Source: Neoconidiobolus thromboides FSU 785
Lineage: Eukaryota; Fungi; Entomophthoromycota
Assembly (NCBI GenBank): GCA_025603075.1
Contig: MU626327.1
Coordinates: 1 to 64,000, forward strand
Direction of reading: 5' to 3'
Length of the DNA stretch: 64,000 bases
Below, piece after piece: positions 11,086-22,621 of this stretch (positions within the stretch are counted from its first letter, which is position 1; each line of letters starts with the position of its first letter). Under the pieces are notes generated by a model. That model searched no databases. It saw only the letters and a program-made list of their open reading frames with translations, and was not told the origin of the DNA. The position numbers and the translations under genes were made by a program.

Positions 11086-14000
11086 ATGAAATTCTCAAAT
11101 AATACCACTTTATTACGACCGCTAATTCAATCTAGTATTCGTCAATCAACCCTATTAACTTATCATTTTAAGCCCAAATCAACTTCATTACTTACTACTA
11201 CCTTATTAAAATCAACATGTTCTATCCCTTCCCACTGTTATTCCACTTTAAAAGAAGTTGAATTTGCACCCTCAGATACTTGTACCTTAAAGAAATATAA
11301 TAAAGTAATGGTAATAGGCTCAGGTGGTTTATCTATTGGACAAGCAGGTGAATTTGATTATTCAGGTAATTATTATTTATTTATTATTAATTAATAGAAA
11401 TATATAAGCTAATACTCTTTCTTTCTTTCTTTCTTTTTTTTAGGTTCACAAGCTATTAAAGCATTAAAAGAAAGTAATGTATATACTATACTTGTTAATC
11501 CGAATATAGCTACTATTCAAACTAGTGAAAATCTAGCTGATGAAGTTTATTTTACACCAATAACTTTAGAACATGTTAGTAAACTTATTGAATCTACGAA
11601 ACCAGATGGTATATTATTAACTTTTGGTGGTCAAACTGCTTTAAATTGTGGTATTCAATTAGATCAAAGTGGGATATTAAATAAATATAATGTTGAGGTG
11701 TTAGGTACTCCAATAAATACTTTAATTTGTAGTGAAGATCGAGAATTATTTGTTAAGGCATTAAATGAAATTGATATACCAGTAGCACAATCTACTGCAG
11801 TAGAGACAGTTGAAGATGCTTTAAAAGCAGCCTCTGAAATAGGATATCCAATTATTATACGATCAGCTTATGCATTAGGTGGTTTAGGATCTGGATTTGC
11901 TAATAATGAATTAGAATTGAAAACATTAGCTACTCAATCTTTAGCATTGAGTTCTCAAATATTAGTTGAAAAAAGTATGAAAGGATGGAAAGAAATTGAA
12001 TATGAGGTTGTAAGAGATAAAGATGATAATTGTATTACTATTTGTAATATGGAAAATTTCGATCCATTAGGTATACATACGGGAGATTCTATAGTAGTAG
12101 CACCTTCTCAAACACTTTCAGATGAAGAATATCATATGTTACGTACAGCTGCTATTAAAATTGTTCGTCATGTTGGAGTTGTGGGTGAATGTAATGTACA
12201 ATATGCACTTAATCCAGAATCATTAGAATTTAAAGTCATTGAAATGAATGCACGATTATCTAGATCTTCAGCATTAGCTTCTAAAGCCACAGGTTATCCT
12301 TTAGCTTTTGTAGCAGCTAAATTGGCATTAGGATATACATTACCTAAGTTAAAAAATTCAGTAACAAAGGAAACAACTGCTTGTTTTGAACCTTCATTGG
12401 ACTATATTGTTACTAAAATACCAAGATGGGATTTAAATAAATTTCAAGGAGTTAATAGACAAATTGGTAGTAGCATGAAGTCAGTTGGGGAAGTGATGGC
12501 TATTGGTCGAAATTTTGAAGAAAGTTTACAGAAAGCTATTAGAATGGTAGATCCAAGTTATCCTGGATTTCAACCTATTAATTTACCAGATGGTCAAAAT
12601 AAACAGAAATTAGAGGAACAACTAAAAAATGCAGATGATAAAAGAATCTTTTATTTAGCAATTGCAATGATGAACTATAATTATACAGTAGATGAGCTAC
12701 ATGAGTTAACTAAAATTGATAAATGGTTTTTATATAAATTAAATAATATTTATAAACATTCAAAGTTATTAAATGAAATTTCATTCAATTCATTAACTCC
12801 TGAATTATTATTAAAATCAAAACAATTAGGCTTTTCTGATTTTCAATTAAGTCAAACTTTATTAGATAAACATCAATTATCAGAAGAGATTATTAGAAAT
12901 AAAAGATTAAAATATAATTTATTACCAAAAGTAAAAAGAATTGACACTTTAGCTGGTGAATATCCAACAAATACAAATTATCTTTATACAACATATAATG
13001 CTGATGAAAGTGATATTATATTTGATAAGAATCCTCAAAATACAACTTTAGTTCTTGGATCTGGAGTCTATCGTATTGGATCTTCAGTTGAATTTGATTG
13101 GAGTGCAGTAAGTTGTATTAATAGTTTAAAAGCATTAAATCATTCAACTATTATGTTAAATTATAATCCAGAAACAGTCAGTACTGATTTTGATCAATGT
13201 GATAAATTATATTTTGAAGAATTAAGTTTAGAATCTGTTTTAAATATTTATTATTTAGAACAATGTAATGGAGTAGTTGTCTCTATGGGTGGTCAATTAC
13301 CTCAAAATATTGCTTTAAAATTAAAACAAAATCAATGTAATGTATTAGGTACTGATCCAGAAGATATTGATTCTGCAGAGAATAGATGTAAATTTTCTAA
13401 TTTATTAGATGAAATTGATATTGATCAACCAAAATGGCAAGCCTTAACTACAGTTCATGAAGCTAAACAGTTTGCTAATAAAGTTCATTATCCTGTATTA
13501 GTAAGACCAAGTTATGTACTCTCAGGAGCAGCTATGAATATTGCTTATAATTCTAAAGAATTAGATTATTATTTATCATTAGCAACAGCCGTTTCACCAG
13601 AATATCCAGTAGTTATTACAAAATTTGAATTAAATTCAGAGGAAATTGATATTGATGGAGTAGCCCAAAATGGAGAGTTAATGTATCATGCTATTTCTAA
13701 TCATATTGAACCAGCTGGTGTTCATTCCGGAGATGCTAGTTTAATTTTACCAAGTTATAATTTATCGAATGAATCTAAACAAAAATTGAAATTAATATGT
13801 CAAAAATTAAGTCATAAATTTCAAATCTCTGGTCCATTTAACTTACAAATTATACGTCAATTAGATCAAAACAATAACGAAAATTTTAAAGTAATTGAAT
13901 TAAATTTACGTGCATCTAGATCAGTACCTTTTGTTTCTAAAGTTTTAGGGGTGAATTTTATTGAAAAAGCAACCCAAGCTTTCTTTAATTTGTTGGAGCC

Positions 14001-14586
14001 ACTTACTCCAAAACAAGAATTAACTTTATCAAAAAAACATTATTTTGGTGTCAAAGTACCACAATTCTCTTGGACTCGATTAATTGGTGCTAATCCTAAA
14101 TTAGGTGTTGAAATGGGTTCTACAGGGGAAGTAGCTGCTTTTGGTCAAGATCCGTACATGGCTTATTTATTAGCCTTGCAATGTTTAAATAATTTTAAAT
14201 TACCGAAAGAAAATGTATTTATTAGTTTAAATGAAATGAAGGAATGTAAAGAAGAAGATTTGAAATTAATTATTAATAGTTTTATTAATAATAATTTAAA
14301 ATTATTTACTTTAAATAAGGAATTAAGTGATCAATTTAAAGAGATTAAGTTATTAGAGAATGAAGAAGATTTAAAAATTAGATTAAACCCAATGGATTTA
14401 ATATGTAATTTAAATTCAAAAGCAGATTCAAATAATATACCTAGATTAGCAGTGGATTTGAACATACCTTTATTAAATCATCCCTCATTAGTCTTGTTCT
14501 TTGCCAAAGCTATTACTAAATATCCAGTTAAAAAACATCTAGAATTATTAAGTTTAAAACCATGGTCTTACTATTTGAAACAATAA
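11086..14586 (+). CDS. CPA2: Carbamoyl-phosphate synthase (arginine-specific) large chain, join(11086..11365,11444..14586), 1140 aa
   Basis: Contains KVMVIGSGGLSIGQAGEFDYSG|SQAIKALKE, EMNARLSRSSALASKATGYP and GVHSGDA. No CAD/ATCase fusion. The N-terminus is S/R/L-rich like a presequence. Confidence 0.97.
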
Positions 14587-14618
14587 AAATTATAATATTC
14601 TTTTTTATATATTATATA

Positions 14619-16423
14619 TTATATATTTAAATAGTTGTTAATTTTTTTTAAAAAACCTTCTGATAGGGGAAATCGATAAAGAGATGCTTTGATTTTTTTT
14701 AAACAAACAAAACAATCTTTTTGCTTTTGTTTGTTTTGTTGATAATTAGTAAATACTAAATTCAATAGAAACTCAACCTTTTTTTTAGATTTAATAATCA
14801 TCTGTTGAGTAATATTATTGAAACTTATATCATCATTTAAATGATTCATCCAGGCTTGAGAAATAATATTTAACAATGTAAAAATTACAGGAAAACATTC
14901 TAGAAATTGAGGAGAAGTATTTGAAACAGAATAATGATTGTCATCTATAATTTGAAATTGGACAACCTTTTCTCTTGTATTATTATCAAAATATAATTTA
15001 CAAAAATAGCTTATAAAATTTAAACATTTTTCAAATAATAACTGATTTTCTTTTCTATTGAAAAATACTAATTTAGGATAAATTATTAAATTAGGATAAC
15101 ATAATTGTATGAATTGGATTTGTAATATTAATTTAAAATATAAATTATCATCAACTTCATCTCTTCCTTTAATATTATCTTCACTTTCTTTTTCAATATT
15201 CAATAAATCCTTCAACACTATTTCAAACTCTCCCTTAGGTAATCTCAACTCTTCACAGCTAATTAAATTCAATTCTAATCCACTATATCTTCCCTTCACT
15301 TGATATACATACTGATTAATTTTAATAAAATATTGGGTTAGCACATTCCCTTTTTTAGATGAAAAAAACTGTTCTTTTCTTAACCCTTTACTTTGATCTT
15401 CTTGATTCTTTTGATAATAAACTAATTCATCTTGTTTTTTTCTATCTAATTCAAAATATTTAGGTTGAAAATTCATTAAATTTAAATCAGGTATAATTGT
15501 AGTCATTACTAAATAAGTTAATGACAATGCTTTCCATAATCCACTTCTTTTTTCCATTTCTTTTTTTTGTTCTTCGTTTAAGATTATTGTCTCTTCTTGT
15601 AATTCCTCATCACATTTCAAAGCTTGTGCCATTCTTACTGCCAATGTAAAATATTTAGCTGCTAACTCTAATTTCAAATGAGATAATGCTAAATAACTTA
15701 ACAGTCCTAATCCAATGACATTATAATAACTTGGATTCTCATAACTCTTTGGTAAACTTAGTTTAATATTTCTTAAACTAGTACCATAAATGAATTTGAA
15801 TTCACATTTATTTTTGGATAGAGTGTATCTAGCTAAGACAGCCATAAATACATGATGTAATAAAGTGTGTTTATTTTTTATTATGGGATATAATTCATCA
15901 GGTTGAAGCCATAGATTATATCCATCAATAATGTTAATATAGATTTTGATTCCAGATTGGAGGAATTTACCATATTCAAAATAAGGTTGGTGTGGGTTGA
16001 AATAAGTGGATTTATGAGTTAAATTAGAATTTAATTGATTTAATTTCTTACTTAAATTAAATTGTAAAGCGTTGACTTTATTTATGTAATCCGATGTTAC
16101 TTTTTTATTATTACCTTGTTGAATCTTATGGATCTCTTGTATTAATTTGGTTAAATACGCTGTTAAATTTTATGCATTAAATTGTAACTTAATATATAAT
16201 TAAATAAATTTCAATTACCTATCATTTCTTCCCTACTTTCAGGTATCTTTTGTATTACTCGATCATAACTTTGAATTAATAAACTCATCTTGGTTTCTAA
16301 AGTCTGTAAATTTAATCGTAATACATCCGCACCACTTCGTACCCTTTTATTTATAATTACTTTTTCTTCCACCCGGAATTTAGTTAACATAGTAGATTTG
16401 TGTTCTTTATTAGTTAAAATCAT
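14619..16423 (-). CDS. Fungal TF middle-homology-like family member D (divergent), complement(join(14619..16159,16219..16423)), about 581 aa
   Basis: The protein listed as '+' in the track reads on the minus strand (cat at 15843-15845). The frame extends through a 59-nt phase-1 intron to an exon with KRVRSGADVL. AVRMAQAL motif present. Start codon uncertain (16423 or 16390). Confidence 0.85.
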
Positions 16424-16746
16424 CCTTTGAATTATTGGAGTGTTAGTGGCAGTGGGTTTTAAATGCACTTTTTTAGAGAGCGTTGAAATAAATAGATACA
16501 ATTTTTTTTTTTATATTCTTGAAATCTAATTGTTTATTTTAACAGACTAAAAAATTACTTTATTTTTTAAAATGCTTGGTAATTTTTCTTAGCTGAAAAA
16601 TTGGCGAAGCTAGGCTAAATTTTTTGGGAAGAGTTTATTTTTTTAAAATTTTTTAAAAAGATAGGAGAATGCAAGAATATGAAAAATGATAATATAATAG
16701 TAAAAAGGAGTTAATTGAAACCATAGACAAATTAAATTCTCGTTCT

Positions 16747-17079
16747 TTATATTTCTTTTTTACTTTCTACTTCCTCTTCATCTCTATTGCTCCCCTCTAT
16801 TACCTCTTTTTTCTTAATTTCTTTTAATTCCGATATCTCATCTACCTTCCCTTCCATCTCTTCGGCATTCAACACATCAGCAGGTTCAAACGGTTTTCTA
16901 GCAGGGAAATAGGTATCCAACATGGATTTTTTCGACTCTATCAATTGCTCTTCTACCTGTTTGACACGGTGATTTAAACGAAAGTATAACCAAATAAGGA
17001 TAACAGCACCGGTTAAATACATATCATATTTTTTACTAAGTTGATAAAGCTGGAAAAATAGATTGCTGATTTGGGACAT
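16747..17079 (-). CDS. Small 110-aa protein with one predicted TM helix and a charged C-terminus
   Basis: ATG-initiated ORF with GC above the intergenic level and a hydrophobic stretch MYLTGAVILIWLYF. No recognisable family. Confidence 0.55.
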   Translation of the reverse strand: MSQISNLFFQLYQLSKKYDMYLTGAVILIWLYFRLNHRVKQVEEQLIESKKSMLDTYFPARKPFEPADVLNAEEMEGKVDEISELKEIKKKEVIEGSNRDEEEVESKKEI

Positions 17080-17358
17080 TTTCGAGTTGTTTTTATGAGC
17101 TTAAATTTGCTGTTATTAAGATGGAACCGTTCCTTGGATGTTTATTTTTTCAAGAAATAATAAATTGGAAATACCATGTGCTATTTTTTTGTACATAATT
17201 TTTTTCGAGAATGGCTAAATTTTTGACTACTTTCTTGAAAATTTCAACCTTGAAATTTATATTGACCAATGAAAGCTCAATTTTTAGAGCTTCAATTCTA
17301 ATATGTTAACTATAATACTCTAATTGAGGGTTCTTTAGTACCTATTAATAATAACATA

Positions 17359-17458
17359 TGGGGTTGTTTTTTCTGGTTTCATTATTTTTCCGTTTTTTAA
17401 GCGCTATTTGAGTGGAAAATTTGTTAGTAAAATTCTTAAACACAAAAATACATCCTCA
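17359..17458 (-). mobile_element. MITE copy 5
   Basis: TA-tggggttgttttttctggtttc...aaatacatcctca-TA, 100 bp. Confidence 0.92.
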
Positions 17459-17556
17459 TATTATTGTTTTTTATTTTCTAAAATAAAATGAAATAAACAT
17501 CGTCCTATTAAGTAAGAATTAGAAAAAGTGATTTTATCATACTAATATAAATAATA

Positions 17557-19350
17557 TCAATTTAAATGCTTATTAATCTCATCTATTAATCCTTTAGATA
17601 AACGAAATTGATGAATATAACGCTTGATTTAATGAGTTGTTGGCATCTCTAGCATGTATTTTATCATTGGATTTAGATATATCATATAGTACCTCAAGTA
17701 ATAATATATATTTGATTCTTGATTCATAGATCAATAATCTGTGTTCCGTTTGTAGATCGGACACTTAATATAATAAATTAACGAAGACAAAAAAGGAACA
17801 ATATAATTGACGATAAAAAGGTATATGAGTGTTCAGTTAAAATTGATGCTTAGGATCAAATTGATAAATTCTAGTAAAAATTTCATGGCTCATTTATCTA
17901 AACCTTTATTTAAGCAGTATATAACAATTTGATTGGTATGCTTAAACAGTAGCTTTGGTTGTAAGTTTATAAATCGAAAAGGTCATAAACAAATTAAAAC
18001 GTATGCGTAGTAAAGCGTAATAATAGTAATCTGAGTTAAGACTTTAATATACCTTTTAAAATCAAATTTATGATCATCAACTTTGTCAACTAATTCCTTT
18101 TTACTGTAATTCCATTCATCTCTTGTTAAGCTTTGATCTTTTATTAAATTTATTAATATATTTAGACAGTTTTTAAATCCTTTTTGAGGTAAAATCATAT
18201 CTCTGGGACATATTTCGGAAGATTCGTAATATTCTTTTGCTTTTTATACACGAGTAAATGTTTTTATATTTACTTAAATAAAATCTTTAGCGCATATATA
18301 TCGATACTCGTTCGTAGCTTTGTAGTTTTTTCATTGTTATCGCTAGACTTATTTTAGTTCTTTATGAAAAAATGTAGAATCTTTGACTTCAAATTTGATG
18401 AAAGGTATATCTGAGATACGAGCTGAAAGCACTGGATAGGTAAGATGTAGAGTTTTCTATATCCCCCTACCTAAAGATAGCTCGTCATATTCTATATACA
18501 TGTCATCAATATTATCAAATCAACCATGATTAATATTATATCCTGAACATTTAGCCATTCTTACAGCATCTAAAAAATATCGTTTAGCAAGATTATAATT
18601 AGAATAGGATAAATTAATATAAAATAATAGTCTTAAAACTACAACTATATAACAGTTCAGATTAAAGCAAAATTGGGGTAAAATTGCTTTTACTCCTTGC
18701 GAAGTATTTCCGTAAATTTGTATATAAGCTACACTATTATGTGCAAGAGTGAAATGAACAAGAAAAGCGATTAATATAAGATAATATACGGGGATGTGTT
18801 TTTTGTTTAAGAATTTCATTAACAATCTTTCCACCCAAATAGCGCTTAAAAGATGGAAAAAGTAATAAAACTAAAAAAATCATCCTCATATTGAGCTCCT
18901 TATTTGTCAAAATCTCCTTTGAGTTAATTTATCAAAGCATAACCTATAAGGATCTATAATTGTTTTGAAAAAAATGGAACCACACTCTGTTCTCACCACA
19001 TTACTATTTCTCAATGTCACATTAGCTATCAAGAGCGATGAGGCAGTATTAAACCTACGATTCCTTTATAGTATAGCCTCGAATTGGGAAACTTTTGTTC
19101 AGATCTCATCATTACTATGTATTTTTTTCCTTGATAAATTGCTTCATATATTTCAAATATCAACTAAATATCAATTAAAGATTAATATAGTATTGAAATG
19201 ACTACTGATTACTTTTTGCTTGAATTTAATATTTGAATTTAAATCTAGTTACTTAAATATGTTATTTAATATATAACCAATATTATTTAGCCTTAACTTT
19301 ATCAAATTCACTCTATTTCTTATTTTTCCCTTTTCTACTATCTTGATTAT
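17557..19350 (-). pseudogene. TF-like family pseudogene P2, interrupted by MITE copy 6
   Basis: Collinear with gene E along its length. ORF fragments 17983..18198 and 18520..18834 remain, with multiple stops. Confidence 0.85.
18789..18888 (+). mobile_element. MITE copy 6 (inserted in P2 coding sequence)
   Basis: TA-cggggatgtg...catcctca-TA. Removing the element plus one TA restores collinearity with paralog B. Confidence 0.95.
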
Positions 19351-19989
19351 TTTAAACTTATATTACTATTTATATTAAATTGAACATTATATGCAAAAAC
19401 ATGAAGTATATTGCAATTAAAATGAAAACACTAGTAAAACTATGTATAAAAAAGCAGCTCAATGCTAAATACACCCATCTCCTTACTTCATTGAAGACTT
19501 TTGATTTTATCTAGAATATTTATTTAAACCATTTTTAATAATTAAAAATTAAATAAAAATTTAACTCTAGTTCTTAACTTATTCCAAATAATTAAGGTTG
19601 TTTTTTTAAATTATTTTTATAAACACTAAAGGTTATTTTATTAGTGTTTATTAATAATATGGACTAAAACTTTATACTTTATAATGTGCTTTTTACTTTT
19701 AATAATTAACATTAAAATAATCATAAAATTAGTTAAAGTTAAGAAAAAAATAAATAACTATGTAAACCCTGATATAAATTAAAAAACTATAAATACATAA
19801 AACAGGATATGAAAAAAATTATATTAAAAATGTTTTCAAATTCTAGTCTTATTTAAATAAGCTTTATATTCAAAAGTTATTAAAATACCATACAAAAGAT
19901 ATTAAAGTTTTATAATTATTTATGTTAAGTTAAAATAAAATAATGATAATATTTTAAATAGAATAAAAAAAAATAAAAAGATTAGTATA

Positions 19990-20081
19990 TAAAAAGATAT
20001 TTTAAAAAAAAATTAATAACAGTTTTTATTCGAATAATATTTAAAAAATAGAAAAAACAATAAAACTAAAAAACGTTTTTA
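19990..20081 (+). mobile_element. Ghost MITE (almost fully AT-eroded)
   Basis: ttaaaaaatagaaaaaacaataaaactaaaaaacgttttt matches the family right half with C>T and G>A changes. Confidence 0.5.
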
Positions 20082-20083
20082 TA

Positions 20084-20179
20084 TGGGGGTGTTTTTTCTG
20101 GTTTCATTATTTTTTCCATTTTTAAGCGCTATTTGAGCGGAAAGATTGTTAATAGAATTCTTTAAAAAATACATCCGCA
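20084..20179 (-). mobile_element. MITE copy 7
   Basis: TA-tgggggtgttttttctgg...aaatacatccgca-TA. Confidence 0.92.
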
Positions 20180-20205
20180 TATAATTAAATAACTAAAACT
20201 AGATA

Positions 20206-20302
20206 CGGGGATGTATTTTTGTATTTAAGAATTTTACTAACAAACTTTCCGCTCAAATAGCGCTTAAAAAATGGAAAAAATAATGAAGTCAAAAAACACT
20301 CC
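20206..20302 (+). mobile_element. MITE copy 8
   Basis: TA-cggggatgtatttttgtatttaagaattttactaacaaactttccgctcaaatagcgcttaaaaaatgg..., near consensus. Confidence 0.92.
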
Positions 20303-20620
20303 TATGTGGTATTATTTAAAAATCAGTAAACATTTTAATTCAAATTATTATAATAATATACTAGCAAACTATTTGTATTAAAAAATATAACGTAGCAAAA
20401 CAAGCAACATGTTTACCAGCAATTTTAATAATAAAAATAAAGTAATAGTGGTTTAAATATTAGTGAAAAATATTAGAGTATCTGCCATTACCTTTTTTTA
20501 CTTATTATTTTTCATTATTAAAATGCTCATTAAAATATAAAGATGCTTTGTTATTTTAAAACTGTTGATTTTCTTATCTAGATATTTATTAATATTATAT
20601 AGAGTTGTATTATATACTAG

Positions 20621-21083
20621 TGTAGAATCTGGCACTCAGTGACTGGAGTCAAAAACAGCTATTACCTGATTGATTATACTGTAAGTCGGAAGGTCTTAGT
20701 TTATGTGACTAAGATAGACTTGAATTGTGAAAAATAGTTCGTAATGGGTCACGGACTACGTAAAACAAATAGAATAGATAATACTAATGTAAAATCTATG
20801 TAAAATACTATCAAGAAAACTTAGTGGCTTTATTAAACGTTCGAGATATCAGGCAGTAATTGAGTCAAAAGCCTCAAGCTACTATGTTTTAGGATCTTTT
20901 TTCTACTTCGACAAGTATAGATACCAAAACGAGAGAATAATATTCTTTGAGATGAAGCTAAAAATTCTCATAGAAAATCAAACCAAGAATGTGGGATTGA
21001 TTTTCTCTGAACTCGAGAACACAACACCTTAGGCGATTGTTATGGTATAATCAACCATGGAGCTGACAAAGCGATGTTTCACA
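20621..21083 (+). mobile_element. Solo-LTR-like element, copy 1 (463 bp)
   Basis: TGT...ACA ends with a short inverted terminus (tgtagaatc / gatgtttcaca). Direct repeat of 61139..61600. Confidence 0.75.
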
Positions 21084-21108
21084 AAAGTTAACCAAAAAAT
21101 GAACTATA

Positions 21109-21143
21109 TAGGAATATATTTTTGTGTTTAAGAATTTTACTAG
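21109..21143 (+). mobile_element. Partial MITE (left third)
   Basis: taggaatatatttttgtgtttaagaattttactag. Confidence 0.6.
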
Positions 21144-21319
21144 CTAAAATAATAAAAGATAAGATTATCCAACCTTTAATATTAGTATCTTAAATAATAA
21201 TTGCCTATTTTTTATCACCTTGTTGTACTGGTTTTAATTTATCAACATTATTAATGTTAGTTATTACTTTCTTATTACAATACTACTTATAGTAAAACCA
21301 CATTTGTTAAAATTGTATA

Positions 21320-21420
21320 TGAGAGTGTTTTTTTTGACTTCATTATTTTTTCCATTTTTTAAGCGCTATTTAAACGGAAAAATTGTTAGTAAAATTCTTA
21401 GACACAAAAATACATCCCCA
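21320..21420 (-). mobile_element. MITE copy 9
   Basis: TA-tgagagtg...tacatcccca-TA. About 8 differences from copy 15 by eye. Confidence 0.93.
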
Positions 21421-22036
21421 TATATTATTTATATATATGCCATACTCTACAATAATCTTTTTGACAATACTAAACTAACATATTTATTTTTAGCTCTTCG
21501 ATATCATATTTTTTATTTAGGCAAGTTCAAATTTTTGGCTTCTTTATAAAAGTTGCCAACCTAGGTTTTACTAACTGGTGACACCTCATGTTTAGAAAAA
21601 AGTTGATCAGCTATATTTTTCATGTAAGCGTGTTCAAGGGAAATCGTTTGAAAATCAGTTCAAGTATATAGCTAACTAATACTCCCTCTTCTAAATTAGT
21701 CAGCTTCAATTTTGGTACAATATCTTTCCTTGAAAATACACTATTCTTCCCGTTATATTTGTTTTTTATCATATAGTATTTAATAAAAAATCATTTTTCT
21801 TATATTATTTAATTTTATACTTTTTACCACAAACTTATAAATCACTATTAATTCAAAACTATATTCTTAAAAAATGAGCTATTGGTGTTAAAAAATCATA
21901 CTTTAAACCTTACCATGTTAAAAAGGATTTTGCATAGACTAGCTTCTTTTTCTTCAGTATTATTACTCAGTCTTTTTAAAGGATTACATATTTGTTAAAA
22001 ACAAGATACTACTGAGACTATTAGTCGAGATGCATT

Positions 22037-22120
22037 TGGGGATGTTTCTGATCTCATTATTTTTCCATTTTTTAAGCACTATTTGAGTCAAAAGATTGTT
22101 AGTAAATTCTTAAAAAATAA
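22037..22120 (-). mobile_element. MITE copy 10 (one TIR lost)
   Basis: tggggatgtttctgatctcattatttttcc...agtaaattcttaaa. Confidence 0.75.
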
Positions 22121-22621
22121 AACTTAATTTTAAAAATATTGAAACTGATTTTCGAGAAATATAATTAAGCTTTTTTCATCTATTAGTGGCTAAAAAGTAT
22201 TCTATAAAAATACCTAGTACTCTTCTTCAAACAAGGATAATAGCATTACTATACTACCTTTATTTAAGGAATTGAAATAACATGAGTTAAGGAATTTGAA
22301 TGGTCTAAGCTTCATTTAGTTAAAGATAACAATGGTCAAAAAGGCTTGAAAAAATGGGTTATCTTCCCTTTCTATATTGTTTATCAATTTTTATACTAAA
22401 TAAAATACTTGCGAGTCATATGAATCTTTCAAGAATATGAAAAAATAGCCAGTACTTTACCTAAATGACATAAAAAAATAAACATTGCTTTTTAATAAGC
22501 AAAACAAAATTGATATAAACCAACTTATAAATTCTACCAAAAATTAATGATGTATATTAAAAAAGTGAAATATTGAAAACTATTTGAAATTTTATAATTT
22601 ATTGTAATAATATTACCAATC

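Noticed and set aside
14619-15845. ORF track lists this 408-aa protein on the + strand
   Set aside because: The peptide MAVLARYTLS is encoded by the reverse complement (ctaagacagccat ending at 15845), so it is annotated on the minus strand.
1883-21549. ORFs 1883..2188 and 21304..21549 sharing 'FF.SL.FPFFK.YL' peptides
   Set aside because: The similarity comes from reading through MITE copies 2 and 9; this is not a protein family.
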